A DNA stretch of 64,000 bases. Source: an uncultured Myxococcales bacterium. GTDB taxonomy: Bacteria > Myxococcota_A > Polyangia > Polyangiales > Houyiibacteriaceae. Below are positions 52,607-62,889 of the stretch, piece by piece (position 1 is the stretch's first letter; each line of letters starts with the position of its first letter). Both the position numbers and the translations under genes were made by a program. The notes below the pieces were generated by a model. It searched no databases. It was not told where the DNA came from and saw only the letters and a program-made list of their open reading frames with translations. The stretch is taken from positions 8,497 through 72,496 of the forward strand of contig CBFCWN010000004.1 of NCBI GenBank assembly GCA_965601515.1. The letters are read 5' to 3'.

Positions 52607-54838
52607 CTAGGCGGGTTCTAGGTAGCTCGCGATGATTTTGCGGGTGCCCCACCCTGGGAAACGTACGGCGACTCGTGGCGGGGTACCTGGCGTCACCTCT
52701 TTCACCTCACCCACGCCGAACTTCGGATGTCGGACCTGCATGCCTCGTCGGAGGCCCTCGAGATCGGAGAGGTCGGACCCTTCGCTGTAGTCGATTCGTT
52801 CACTCGACGAGTCGTACGACCGACCCTGGTCTTGGAAGTCCGACGTATCCACATATTCCGAACCCGTGCGCGACGTGCTGGGGCGCCCCCTCGAAGCGGC
52901 CGACGGACTACGCCCTCCCCCGATCCACTCGTGGTCGCCCTCGGGAAGCTCGGTGAGAAACCTCGATGGGATCCCCACGCGCTGCTGCCCGAAGATGCGG
53001 CGTACGGCGGCGAAACTCAAAATCAGCCTCTGCTCCGCGCGCGTAAACGCGACATACGCGAGGCGCCGCTCTTCCTCGAGCTCGTCCGGATCCTCCCAAG
53101 GGTCGATGCCCTTGAACGGAAAGACCTGCTCTTCGAGCCCGGTCACCATCACCACCGGAAACTCGAGCCCTTTCGCCGCGTGCACGGTCATCAGCGTGAC
53201 CCGATCGCCGCCCGTCTGTTCGTCGGCCGAGGTCTGCAGCGTCACGTTCTCGAGGAAGTCGGCGAGCGTACTTTCCGGACGCTCGCGCTGGAACTCGTCC
53301 AGCGATGCCACGAGCTCCTGGACGTTCTGGAAGCGGGCGTCGGCTTCGACGCTGTCGTCGTTGCGGAGCATGTCGGCATATCCGCTCTGATTGACCACTT
53401 CCGCGCCTAGCTCTTCGAGCGGTGCGCCCGAAGTGAGCACGTCCCGTAGGTCGGTCATCAGCCGGTGAAAGGCACCGAGCCTTTTTCGCGCCGCGTTGCC
53501 GAGCCGCGAAAGCGCAGCCTCGTCGCCAAGCAAGTCGGAAAGGCCCCTCCCCTGCTCGGCTGCGATGTCGAGCAGCCGAGAGATCGTGGTCTTGCCGATG
53601 CCGCGCGCCGGCGTGTTGATGATGCGGAGAAGACTCATGTCGTCCGCCGGGTTCGACAGCACCCGAAGGTACGCGAGCAGATCCTTCACTTCGGCGCGGT
53701 CGTAGAAGCGCATGCCGCCGACGATGCGGTACGGAACGTTCGAGCTACGAAGCGCCTCTTCGATCACGCGCGACTGCGCATGGGTCCGATAGAACACGGC
53801 CACTTCGGAAAGCGACTGGCCTTGCGACAAGAGCTCGCGCACACCGCGCAGCACCAACCGTGCCTCATCCCGCTCGTCCGTCGTCCGAACGACGAGCACC
53901 GCATCGCCCTCGGGGTTGTCGGTCCAAAGCTCTTTCGGCTCGCGATCGGTGTTGCGCGCGATCACCGCGTTTGCCGCCCGCAGAATCCGCTGCGTCGAGC
54001 GATAGTTCTGCTCGAGCTTCACGAGCGTGGCGTCGGGAAACGACTGCCTGAAATCGAGAATGTTGCGACGGTCGGCGCCCCGCCAGCGGTAGATGCTCTG
54101 GTCGTCGTCGCCGACCACGCAGAGGTTGCGATGGCCTTCCGCGAGCAGGCGAACCAGTCGAAACTGAGCCTGGTTGGTGTCTTGGAACTCGTCGACGAGC
54201 ACGTGCGAGTAACGCCCCACGACCTCATCGTGAAACGCCTCACTCGATTCGAGCGCCCGCACCGTCTTGTAGATGAGATCCCCGAAATCGAGCGCATTGG
54301 CCATCCGAAGCCGCTCTTCGTATGCGGTGTACACACGTCGAAAGACCTCGGACCATGCGTCGGGCGTATCGACATCCTCCGGCCCCTGAACCTCTTGCTT
54401 CGCTCGATTGATCCGGCCCGCCATCGCCTTCGGCTGGTAGCGCTTTTCATCGAGGCCGAGGTCGCGAAGCACGCGCTTGATGAGCGCCTGCTGGTCCTGG
54501 TCGTCGTAGATCGTGAAGTCCTTCGAGATGCCGACGAGCTCTCCGAACCTCCGGAGCAGTCTCGCGCATGTCGCGTGGAACGTGCCGACCCTCACCGCGG
54601 CGCCGTCCTCGCCAAGCAGTGAAAGCAGCCGCTCTCGCATTTCGCCGGCCGCCTTGTTCGTGAAGGTCACCGCCAGGATCCGCCACGGCCTCACGTCGTG
54701 TTCGGTGATGAGATGGGCCACGCGGTAGGTGATGACCCGCGTCTTCCCGCTCCCTGCCCCCGCGAACACGACCAGGGGCCCCCCCTCGTGGACCACGGCG
54801 TCGCGCTGGCGGGAATTCAACCCACTCAAGTCCAGCAC
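52607..54838 (-). CDS. UvrD/PcrA/Rep-family ATP-dependent DNA helicase
   Basis: AGAGSGKTRVI, VDEFQDTN, TVHAAKGLEF, and a C-terminal Tudor-like tail. Confidence 0.9.
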   Translation of the reverse strand: MLDLSGLNSRQRDAVVHEGGPLVVFAGAGSGKTRVITYRVAHLITEHDVRPWRILAVTFTNKAAGEMRERLLSLLGEDGAAVRVGTFHATCARLLRRFGELVGISKDFTIYDDQDQQALIKRVLRDLGLDEKRYQPKAMAGRINRAKQEVQGPEDVDTPDAWSEVFRRVYTAYEERLRMANALDFGDLIYKTVRALESSEAFHDEVVGRYSHVLVDEFQDTNQAQFRLVRLLAEGHRNLCVVGDDDQSIYRWRGADRRNILDFRQSFPDATLVKLEQNYRSTQRILRAANAVIARNTDREPKELWTDNPEGDAVLVVRTTDERDEARLVLRGVRELLSQGQSLSEVAVFYRTHAQSRVIEEALRSSNVPYRIVGGMRFYDRAEVKDLLAYLRVLSNPADDMSLLRIINTPARGIGKTTISRLLDIAAEQGRGLSDLLGDEAALSRLGNAARKRLGAFHRLMTDLRDVLTSGAPLEELGAEVVNQSGYADMLRNDDSVEADARFQNVQELVASLDEFQRERPESTLADFLENVTLQTSADEQTGGDRVTLMTVHAAKGLEFPVVMVTGLEEQVFPFKGIDPWEDPDELEEERRLAYVAFTRAEQRLILSFAAVRRIFGQQRVGIPSRFLTELPEGDHEWIGGGRSPSAASRGRPSTSRTGSEYVDTSDFQDQGRSYDSSSERIDYSEGSDLSDLEGLRRGMQVRHPKFGVGEVKEVTPGTPPRVAVRFPGWGTRKIIASYLEPA

Positions 54839-54995
54839 CCGCTGAACCTAGCTGTCGGAATCCCAGAAACCAGGGAAAAACGGTGAGTTCCGTCACCGAT
54901 CCGCCGCGAAAGCTGGCCTTCGGCAGGATTTGCGCGTAAACGATCGGGTGTGGGGTGCTGGGGTCTATAAACCCTGGAAAACGTCGGGGATCCGG

Positions 54996-55655
54996 GTGAA
55001 TCAACCGCTGTCCAACGCGTCCAAGTCCGAAGAGCCCGAGGAGGGTTCTTCCAACAAGGGCGACCATGAATTGGTACAACGAGTACAAGCTGGAGATTCG
55101 GCGGCTTTCCGTGAGCTCTTCGACAAGTATCATCGTCGAGCGTTTGCCGTGGCGATGGGCGTCGTCAAAAACCAGGACGACGCGCTCGACGCGGTCCAAG
55201 AAGCCTTCGTCAAGGTTCATAAGAACATCGATAAGTTCCAGGGAACCTCGAGCTTCTACACTTGGCTTTATCGCATCGTCATGAACGTTTCCATCGACCA
55301 CGTACGAAAAAAGAGCAGGCGTAAGAGCCTGGATTTCGACGAGCGCGCGCTCCACGAGGAGAGCGAGGTCGCCGGGGACGGCGCGATGGTGCCGAGCGTG
55401 ACCGACGCCAACCCGGGTAAGGCGGCGCTTCGCCGCGAGCTCGGCACCGCGATTCAGGCCGCTCTCGAAGAATTGCCCGAGCACCACCGAGCGGTCATCG
55501 TCCTGCGCGAAATCGAAGGGATGAGCTACGAGCAGATGGCAGAGGCGCTGGAAGTTCCCAAGGGCACCATCATGAGCCGTCTGTTTCATGCCAGAAAGAA
55601 GATGCAGACGGCGCTGACGCCGTACCTTAGCGGTGAGGAGAGTCCCGAAAGCTGA
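54996..55655 (+). CDS. ECF (sigma-24 type) RNA polymerase sigma factor
   Basis: Region 2 FYTWLYRIVMNVSIDHVRK. Region 4 LPEHHRAVIVLREIEGMSYEQMAEALEVPKGTIMSRLFHARKKM. The start is uncertain (GTG 54996 after GGGGA, or TTG 54930). Confidence 0.85.
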   Translation: MNQPLSNASKSEEPEEGSSNKGDHELVQRVQAGDSAAFRELFDKYHRRAFAVAMGVVKNQDDALDAVQEAFVKVHKNIDKFQGTSSFYTWLYRIVMNVSIDHVRKKSRRKSLDFDERALHEESEVAGDGAMVPSVTDANPGKAALRRELGTAIQAALEELPEHHRAVIVLREIEGMSYEQMAEALEVPKGTIMSRLFHARKKMQTALTPYLSGEESPES

Positions 55656-55657
55656 CC

Positions 55658-56200
55658 ATGGAACGGGCCAAGACAGACGAAAAGCTTCAAATGTTCTTCG
55701 ACGGCGAGCTCTCGCCCGAAGAAGAGGCGCAGTTCCGTCGCGAGCTCGAGTCGTCGCCGGACGGGCAAGAAGAGCTGCGTCAGTGGTCGGAGGTGCGAGA
55801 GGCGATGCAGGCCACGTCTCAGGAGTGGACCGCCGAGCTCGATTCAGACGCGCTGTTCGCTCGGATCGAGGCCGAGCTCGAAGCGCCGACCGCGGTAGGG
55901 CCGCAGGTGCCGATGCCGCCCGAGCGACCTCAACCCGCGCTACGGGTGGTCCCGGGCGGGCGCGAGAAGCGAATTTGGGGAGGCGTCGCGACCGGGCTGG
56001 CCGCGGCCGCCGCGATCTTCTTGGCGGTGCTCTCTTCCCCGGGCGACCCCAACGGTGCGCCGGACGAGGAGTCGCTGGGCACCGAGGTCGTGGAAGTCGA
56101 CTTTGGCGCCAACTCGGGGACCGTATTCAACGTCGAGGGCGGGGCCGGCCAGCCTCTCGCCGTGGTGTGGATCGACGATGAAGGGGTGGGGATACCATGA
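55658..56200 (+). CDS. anti-sigma factor (single-pass membrane)
   Basis: It starts 3 nt after the sigma factor stop. N-terminal helix LQMFFDGELSPEEEAQFRREL. TM segment IWGGVATGLAAAAAIFLAVL. Confidence 0.7.
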   Translation: MERAKTDEKLQMFFDGELSPEEEAQFRRELESSPDGQEELRQWSEVREAMQATSQEWTAELDSDALFARIEAELEAPTAVGPQVPMPPERPQPALRVVPGGREKRIWGGVATGLAAAAAIFLAVLSSPGDPNGAPDEESLGTEVVEVDFGANSGTVFNVEGGAGQPLAVVWIDDEGVGIP

Positions 56201-56709
56201 GGCTCAGTCGACATTCGTTCGTCGCCGCGATGCTGCTCGGGGGGTGGCTGCTGGCGCTTCCAGCGTCGGCGCAGACCAGCTCGCTGTCCGCTTCCGATCG
56301 CGCATCGACGGCAAGCGTTCCCGCGGAGGTGCTGGTCGTGTTGGCCGAAGAGAAACAAGGCAAGATCGACCCAGAGCTCAAGAAGCTTACCGCGCTACGC
56401 AGGCCCCCGTTCAACTCGTTTCGCTCCATGAAGATCCTCTCGAAGCCCAAGCTCGCCTTGAAGCCTGGCAAGGACGAGATCGTCACCCTTCCGAACGGTC
56501 GGCGCCTGAAGCTCACCTTGCTTCGCGTGATGCCGGACGGGCGCTACAAGGTTCGCGCCGCGATCAACCGGCCCAACAAGGCAGACTACCTGCCGCTCCT
56601 TCAGGTGGTCGCCTCAGCCGGCGATCCCTTCTTCGTCGCCGGGCAAAAACACCAGGGCGGCACGCTCGTCGTCGGTGTGACGGTCGACCCGAAGAAGTCC
56701 TCGAAGTAG
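56197..56709 (+). CDS. secreted hypothetical protein in the sigma/anti-sigma operon
   Basis: Signal peptide MRLSRHSFVAAMLLGGWLLALPASAQ. 4-nt overlap with the anti-sigma gene. Confidence 0.6.
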   Translation: MRLSRHSFVAAMLLGGWLLALPASAQTSSLSASDRASTASVPAEVLVVLAEEKQGKIDPELKKLTALRRPPFNSFRSMKILSKPKLALKPGKDEIVTLPNGRRLKLTLLRVMPDGRYKVRAAINRPNKADYLPLLQVVASAGDPFFVAGQKHQGGTLVVGVTVDPKKSSK

Positions 56710-57402
56710 GTGCGAGCGGACGACCCAGACGTCTTCGAGATCGAGGGACCGCCGCCGCTCGACCACCCTGCCGACGTCGTGATCGCCGCGCTTTCGCCGG
56801 TCGTCACAGAGGAGCGGCTTCGTCGAATCGAGGAGGTCGTCGCGGGTCGTACCGACAGCCTCGCCATCGTGCTCGATCGCCTTTCGGACCCTCACAACTC
56901 GAGCGCCGTGCTCCGCAGCGCAGAGGCGTTCGGCATCCAGCATGTATGCGCGGTGGTGGGCAGGCACGGATTCCGCGCGTCCCGCGGAGTCTCGAAGGGG
57001 ACACAGCGCTGGCTCGACGTCGCCCGGTTCGAGGACGCAGACGCCTGTGCTCGAGCGCTCAAGGAGCGAGGGTTTGCGATGTACGCCGCGGCGATGAATG
57101 GCACGCATACGCTCGAAGAGCTTCGCTCGGTCCCCCAACTAGCGGTGGTTTTCGGCAACGAACACCATGGTGTTTCCGACGCGATGCGAGCTCATGCCGA
57201 CGGCACGTTCGCCATTCCGATGCGCGGGTTCGTCGAGAGCCTGAACGTGTCGGTGGCGGCGGCGATCACGATGCAGACGTTGACGGGGGAGTCTCGGCCT
57301 CCGCTTTCCGACGCACGGCGCCGCGAGCTGCTGGCTCGGTTTCTGATGAATTCGGTGAAAAACGCCGATGAAATCATCGCGAAATCGATCGGGAATGAAT
57401 AG
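56710..57402 (+). CDS. trmH: SpoU/TrmH-family RNA 2'-O-methyltransferase
   Basis: LSDPHNSSAVLRSAEAFG, VVFGNEHHGVS, IPMRGFVESLNVSVAAAI. GTG start abutting the previous stop. Confidence 0.8.
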   Translation: MRADDPDVFEIEGPPPLDHPADVVIAALSPVVTEERLRRIEEVVAGRTDSLAIVLDRLSDPHNSSAVLRSAEAFGIQHVCAVVGRHGFRASRGVSKGTQRWLDVARFEDADACARALKERGFAMYAAAMNGTHTLEELRSVPQLAVVFGNEHHGVSDAMRAHADGTFAIPMRGFVESLNVSVAAAITMQTLTGESRPPLSDARRRELLARFLMNSVKNADEIIAKSIGNE

Positions 57403-57471
57403 CGCTTCCCGCGTGTCATGAATTGGGGAAATGCCGCCCTGCGGGGGATGCTATAGGCGCCGGCGAGAGAG

Positions 57472-59889
57472 ATGGCACGTAAACGCACGACGAAGAAGGG
57501 TCGCAAGGGGACCAAGCGCAAGAAGAAGGCGACGCGCTCGACCGGCTCGGTGTGGGTCAAGCTCGTCGGTGCGGCTCTGGCCGTAGGCGCACTCGTGGCG
57601 CTGGGCGGCTACGCCTACTTCAGTCGCGGACTGCCGTCGGTCTCGACGCTGCACGACTTCCAGCCGCCGCAGACCACGCGCGTCTACGACCGAAACCGCA
57701 AAGTCATCGGGGAGATCTTCACCGAGCGGCGGACGGTGATTCCGATGACAGACGTACCGCGAAACGTCGTCATCTCGGTGCTTGCCGCCGAGGATGCAGA
57801 CTTCTACGAGCACGAAGGACTCGACTACACGGGCATCCTTCGAGCCGTGGGCCGCGACATCCTGGAGGGACGGGCCGCACAGGGCGGAAGCACGATCACC
57901 CAGCAGGTGGTCAAGCTGATGCTGTTGACACCCGAGCGCACGATCTCTCGTAAGATTCGGGAGCTCATCCTCGCGCGCCGGCTGGAGAACGAGCTGACGA
58001 AGGACGAGATTCTGCATCTCTACCTCAACACGGTGAACTTTGGACACGGCCGCTACGGGATCCAGGAGGCCGCGCAGTACTACTTCGGAAAAGACGCCAA
58101 GCAGCTGACGCTCGCGGAGGCTTCCTTGCTGGCAGGCATTCCGCAGGCGCCCGCCCGGCTTTCGCCTCGCCGCAACCCTGAAGCCGCGCGCCGGCGCCAG
58201 CGCTACGTGTTGGCGCAGCTCGAGGCGAAGCGGGACGTGTACTGGCCCGACCTGAGCCAAAATTCAATCGACGCTGCGCGAAACACGGAGATTGAGCCGA
58301 TTCCCCTCCCCGAAGGTGGAGGGGCGGCGCCAGAGGTCCTTTCGATCGCGCGACGCACCCTGCGCGACGCGGCTGGGGAGGAGGCGATCGGCGCGGGCGG
58401 CTATCAGGTTCACACCGCGATCGATCTCGACGTGCAGCGCAAGGCGCGGACGGCTCTCCAGAGGGGCCTTCGCGCACTGGATGAGCGACAGGGATACCGT
58501 GGCACGATTCGAAGCAAGAGGCGTCGCGCTCCGAAGCCCACCGCTCCGGTGGAGTCCCTCCGGATGGGGCGTACCTATTTCGCGAAGGTGACCGGCACGA
58601 GCGACGAGGATAAGACCATCTCCGTCGACGTCGCGGGGCATCGCGCGGTGCTCGGCATGCGGGATGTCGGCCGGCACAATCCGGACGGCCTGCCCGCCTC
58701 GCGCTTCGCGAGGAAGGGCGACGTGTTCCCCGTCTCGATCGTCGAGCTCGGAACCGACGAAGACGCCGCAATCGCGAAGCCAGAGCGTGGCCCCGAGGGT
58801 GCGGTGGTCGTCATCGAGCCGCGGTCACGGGACGTGCTCGCGCTGGTGGGTAGCTTCGAGGCACGGAGCGGTTTCAACCGCGCCACACAGGCGATTCGGC
58901 AACCGGGAAGCACGTTCAAGCCGATGGTGTATGCGCGTGCGATTCAGTCGCGTCGCTACACACCGGCCTCGATCGTCGTCGACGCGCCCGCGGTGTACGA
59001 CGAGTGGAAGCCTCGCAACTACGAAGAGTGGAACTACCAGGGCGCGATTCGTTTGCGGCAGGCCCTTGCCCGCTCGATCAACATGGTCGCGATTCGTGTC
59101 GTGGAGGACATCGGCGTTGGCGATGTTGCCGAGTTTGCACGGCAGAACGGCATCACGACCAAGCTCGAAGAAGACATGGCGCTCGCGCTAGGTGCGAGCG
59201 GGGTTCGTCCGATCGAGCTCACCAACGCATACGCGACCTTTGCCGCCGGCGGGCGCTGGAGCCCGGCCCGGATCGTGACGCGCATCATCGCTCCAGATGG
59301 CTCTGAAGTACCCCTCTCGCCCGCTGAAGCCTCACGCGACGTGATGGACCCGAGCGAAGCGTACGTCATGACGAGCATGCTTCGCAGCGTCGTGATGGAA
59401 GGCACCGGAACCCCAGCGCAGCGACTCGAGCGGCCGGTCGTCGGCAAGACCGGGACCAGCAACGAGACGCGCGACGCGTGGTTCATGGGCTACTCGCCCA
59501 CCGTGGTCGCCGGAGTGTGGGTCGGCTTCGACGATTCTCGTTCGCTCGGAAAAAGGGAGACTGGAACACGCGCAGCGCTTCCGATCTGGATCGACGTCAT
59601 CGAGGCCGCCGACAAGACGCCCAAGGAAACCGACTTCGCGGTGCCGAGCGGCGTGATCGTGACGAGCATCGATCCGGCGTCGGGGCTGCTGGCATACCCG
59701 GGCCAAGAGGATGCGATCGACGAAGTATTCCTCTCGGGAACGGCGCCGGCGGAGGTGGCTCGTCCACCCGACGTCGCAGACCCGAACATGTTCCTGATGG
59801 AGCAATACGAGGACGGCGAGACGACGTCCGTCGACGGCTCTCTACGCTCGCGAGAAGAGCGGGTCCTCGGCGGTATGGCCGCCCCATGA
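57472..59889 (+). CDS. class A penicillin-binding protein (PBP1A-type transglycosylase/transpeptidase)
   Basis: Lys-rich N-terminus plus a TM segment. GT51 motifs EDADFYEH, GGSTITQQ and RKIRE. The transpeptidase STFK is in PGSTFKP, with KTGT also present. Confidence 0.92.
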   Translation: MARKRTTKKGRKGTKRKKKATRSTGSVWVKLVGAALAVGALVALGGYAYFSRGLPSVSTLHDFQPPQTTRVYDRNRKVIGEIFTERRTVIPMTDVPRNVVISVLAAEDADFYEHEGLDYTGILRAVGRDILEGRAAQGGSTITQQVVKLMLLTPERTISRKIRELILARRLENELTKDEILHLYLNTVNFGHGRYGIQEAAQYYFGKDAKQLTLAEASLLAGIPQAPARLSPRRNPEAARRRQRYVLAQLEAKRDVYWPDLSQNSIDAARNTEIEPIPLPEGGGAAPEVLSIARRTLRDAAGEEAIGAGGYQVHTAIDLDVQRKARTALQRGLRALDERQGYRGTIRSKRRRAPKPTAPVESLRMGRTYFAKVTGTSDEDKTISVDVAGHRAVLGMRDVGRHNPDGLPASRFARKGDVFPVSIVELGTDEDAAIAKPERGPEGAVVVIEPRSRDVLALVGSFEARSGFNRATQAIRQPGSTFKPMVYARAIQSRRYTPASIVVDAPAVYDEWKPRNYEEWNYQGAIRLRQALARSINMVAIRVVEDIGVGDVAEFARQNGITTKLEEDMALALGASGVRPIELTNAYATFAAGGRWSPARIVTRIIAPDGSEVPLSPAEASRDVMDPSEAYVMTSMLRSVVMEGTGTPAQRLERPVVGKTGTSNETRDAWFMGYSPTVVAGVWVGFDDSRSLGKRETGTRAALPIWIDVIEAADKTPKETDFAVPSGVIVTSIDPASGLLAYPGQEDAIDEVFLSGTAPAEVARPPDVADPNMFLMEQYEDGETTSVDGSLRSREERVLGGMAAP

Positions 59890-61487
59890 CCCCGTTCGCC
59901 AAGCGCGCGACGGTCTTGTTCGTGCTTGCGGCGACCATCCCCATCGTGTTGGCCACGCTCGTCTGGCTCGGCTTCTCGAAACTCGGGAGCGAACCCCGCG
60001 CGGTCGACGCGGCCCTGGCGGGTAAGAGCCTAGAGGAGCTCGACGCGCGGCGACTCGCCACCGTGAGGCGACTCTGTCGCGATGACCTTGCCATGGACCG
60101 CCTCCTCGACGAACGGGGGCAGGGAGCCGAGAGCGACGTCGATTACGATCGGCTTTTCGGCGCGGCGGCCGACGCTGGCGGCTTGGACGCCCTCTGGGTG
60201 GTCGATTCGGCCGACGCCTCGATCGTGGCTCGAGGGCACCGAAAGTCGCTCTTGAAGGACGGCACGGGGCTGGTCGGACTGGTGAAGGAAGGTGAAAGCC
60301 GACCGGTCGCTCTCTTCGTCGGGCCGAACGACAATCAGAGGTTCGTAGTGCGAAGCTGCTCGATCGCTCGAAGCGGCGCTCGGCTCCATGTCATCGGCGG
60401 CCACAAAGTCTCTAGTCTTCGCCGGCTCGACGAGGAGCATGTTCGCATTGCGGGGGAACCTCGAGAAGGAGACGTGCCGCTCTTCGAGCTCATCGACCCT
60501 GAGGGCGTGGTCCAGGCAACCGTCGTCTGGCGTTCGGGCGTTGATCGGGGAGCGCTGCCGTGGCTTCTATGGATCGCGTGTGTGCTGGCACTCGCGGCTG
60601 GATTGGCGCTCGTGTTCGGCGGCTACCTGAGTCGTTGGCTTCAGTCGTCGGCCGACGAGCTAGCCGAAGCGGCGTCACGGATCGGGCGCGGCGATTTCGA
60701 GACGACGCTGCGGGACGATACGCGCGTGGCGTTTCCGGCGACCGCGACCGCGTTCGACAACATGACTCGCGAGCTTCGCGACGCACGGGCACAGCTACGC
60801 CAAACCGAACGCGTCGCGGCCTGGAAGGACATCGCGCGCAGCCTGGCGCACGAGCTCAAGAACCCACTCTCGCCCATTCGGCTTTCCATCGAAACTCTGC
60901 GCAAAGCCCACGCCCGGTCGCATGACGACTTCGATGCCTTGTTCGACGAGTCGACGAAAACCATCCTCGACGAGGTCGACCGCCTGCGGCACATCGTCGA
61001 CGAGTTCACCCGCTTTGCAAGACTGCCCGCACCGGTCCTTCGCCAGGGGGACCTTCGTGAAACGGTATCTCAAGCGGCAGCACTCCCTCGCGAAGGTAGG
61101 GTCGAGCTAGAGCTCAATCTCCCTTCTGTGCCGGTCCCGGCAGAGTGCGACCCCGAGCAGATCACGCAGGTGCTCTACAACTTGATTCAGAACGCGTGCG
61201 ACGCATCGTTGGAGGCGCACCCAGAATCGGGAGCGCGAGTCACGATCACGCTCGAGCACCGAAGCCCCGACATCGCGGTCCACATCGACGACAACGGCCC
61301 CGGCATCCCACCCGAGCATGCCGACGCCATCTTCGATCCGTACTTCACGACGAAAAAGGGCGGCACGGGCCTCGGTCTCGCGATCTCCCACCGCATCCTG
61401 ACGGAACACGGCGGCCACCTCACCGCCACCCCAACCGCCAAAGGCACCCGCCTCACCCTCCACCTAAGGGACACGCAGGGCCCCTAA
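59886..61487 (+). CDS. sensor histidine kinase (TM, HAMP, HisKA, HATPase_c), NtrY-like
   Basis: Start set to ATG 59886 (ATGA overlap with the PBP stop). H-box SLAHELKNPLSPI, N-box NLIQNACDA, G-boxes DDNGPGIP and GTGLGLAI. Confidence 0.88.
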   Translation: MTPFAKRATVLFVLAATIPIVLATLVWLGFSKLGSEPRAVDAALAGKSLEELDARRLATVRRLCRDDLAMDRLLDERGQGAESDVDYDRLFGAAADAGGLDALWVVDSADASIVARGHRKSLLKDGTGLVGLVKEGESRPVALFVGPNDNQRFVVRSCSIARSGARLHVIGGHKVSSLRRLDEEHVRIAGEPREGDVPLFELIDPEGVVQATVVWRSGVDRGALPWLLWIACVLALAAGLALVFGGYLSRWLQSSADELAEAASRIGRGDFETTLRDDTRVAFPATATAFDNMTRELRDARAQLRQTERVAAWKDIARSLAHELKNPLSPIRLSIETLRKAHARSHDDFDALFDESTKTILDEVDRLRHIVDEFTRFARLPAPVLRQGDLRETVSQAAALPREGRVELELNLPSVPVPAECDPEQITQVLYNLIQNACDASLEAHPESGARVTITLEHRSPDIAVHIDDNGPGIPPEHADAIFDPYFTTKKGGTGLGLAISHRILTEHGGHLTATPTAKGTRLTLHLRDTQGP

Positions 61488-61535
61488 AACCCCTGCAATC
61501 ACAACACCTTGCCAACCAACCCGCGTGTTTTGCCG
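61468..61535 (+). repeat. 68-nt intergenic repeat, copy C (overlaps the last 6 codons and stop of the kinase gene)
   Basis: GGGACACGCAGGGCCCCTAAAACCCCTGCAATCACAACACCTTGCCAACCAACCCGCGTGTTTTGCCG. Confidence 0.85.
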
Positions 61536-61564
61536 CGCACGCGTCCACGGCGACCGCGTGCCCC

Positions 61565-62887
61565 TCAGTCGGACCTGCGGAGTTTGCGTTGGAGCGTCCG
61601 ACGGTCGATGCCGAGAGCGGCGGCGGCTTTCGTGATGTTGCCGTCCATGTCCTTCAGCACGCGCTCGATGTGATCGCGCTCGACGTCGGCGAGGCTCACT
61701 CGCCCGCCATCGTTCGGCGGCGGCTGCGCCGACTCACGCGCGTTGCCGAACACGCTCGCTGCGATCATGCGGCGAACGAGGTCACCGTCGATCGTGTTCG
61801 AGATGGCGAAGAGAGACGCGCGGCGCAGCACGTTGAGCAGCTCTCGAACGTTGCCGGGCCAATCGTACGCCTCGAGCACGGCCATCGCCTCGGGCGTGAC
61901 TTCGACGTCGGTCTTGCCAAGACGCGCTAGCAGGTGAGCGGCGAGCGGTTGGATGTCTTCACGACGCTCTCGAAGCGGCCCCACCAGCACCGGAAAGACC
62001 TGGAGGCGAAAGTACAAGTCTTCACGGAATCGTCCGTTTTGCGTCTCGGTCCAGAGGTCGCGGTTGGTCGCCGCCACGATGCGTACGTCGACATGGACCT
62101 CTCCGGACTCACCCACCGGTCGAATGGACTTCGTTTCGATGGCTCGCAGCAGTTTCGCCTGGCTCTCGAGGGGGAGCTCCGCCAGCTCGTCGATGAACAG
62201 CGTTCCACCGTCGGCCTCGCGGAAAAGCCCGCGTCGGTCGTCTTGGGCTCCCGTGAACGAACCACGCTTGTGCCCGAACAGCTCGCTTTCGAAGAGCTCG
62301 CGCGGCACGCACGCCGCATTCATGGCGACGAACGATCGGTCGCGCCGAGGGCTCTGCGCGTGAATCTGACGCGCGACGACTTCCTTTCCGGTCCCCGTCT
62401 CACCGAACACGAGCACCGTCTCGTCCGTAGGCGCGACGGTTCGGACGAACTCGCGAACGTCCTCGAGGACACCGCTCACGCCAACGAGCGGCGCGACGCC
62501 CGGCACTCCGTCCGGCGCCACTCGCCCTCGCTCATGCAGGACCTGACGCAGCAAGGGTTTCAGCACATCGGCATCGACAGGCTTTTCGAGGAACGAAAAC
62601 GCCCCGAGGCGCATGGCTTCGACTGCGGCCTTCACCGTCCCGTGACCGGTGAGTACGATGACGCTCGTCGGAATGGGACCACATCGACGAAGGACCTCCA
62701 AACCGTCGATGCCCTTCATCTTGAGGTCGAGCAGCGCGACATCGGGAGGAGAGCTGTTCGATAGAACCTCGACCGCTTCTTCGCCGCTCCCGGCTTCAGA
62801 TACGGAGTAGCCACCGCGGCGGAGCGCTTTGGCCATGGCGAAGCGGAAAGCCGCATCGTCGTCGATGATCAGAACGCTACCGTTCAT
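61565..62887 (-). CDS. sigma54-dependent response regulator (REC, AAA+, Fis HTH), NtrC family
   Basis: VLIIDDD ... VALLDLKM, GETGTGKEVVARQIH, GSFTGA (a GAFTGA variant), C-terminal AAAALGIDRRTLQRKL. Confidence 0.92.
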   Translation of the reverse strand: MNGSVLIIDDDAAFRFAMAKALRRGGYSVSEAGSGEEAVEVLSNSSPPDVALLDLKMKGIDGLEVLRRCGPIPTSVIVLTGHGTVKAAVEAMRLGAFSFLEKPVDADVLKPLLRQVLHERGRVAPDGVPGVAPLVGVSGVLEDVREFVRTVAPTDETVLVFGETGTGKEVVARQIHAQSPRRDRSFVAMNAACVPRELFESELFGHKRGSFTGAQDDRRGLFREADGGTLFIDELAELPLESQAKLLRAIETKSIRPVGESGEVHVDVRIVAATNRDLWTETQNGRFREDLYFRLQVFPVLVGPLRERREDIQPLAAHLLARLGKTDVEVTPEAMAVLEAYDWPGNVRELLNVLRRASLFAISNTIDGDLVRRMIAASVFGNARESAQPPPNDGGRVSLADVERDHIERVLKDMDGNITKAAAALGIDRRTLQRKLRRSD

Positions 62888-62889
62888 GC

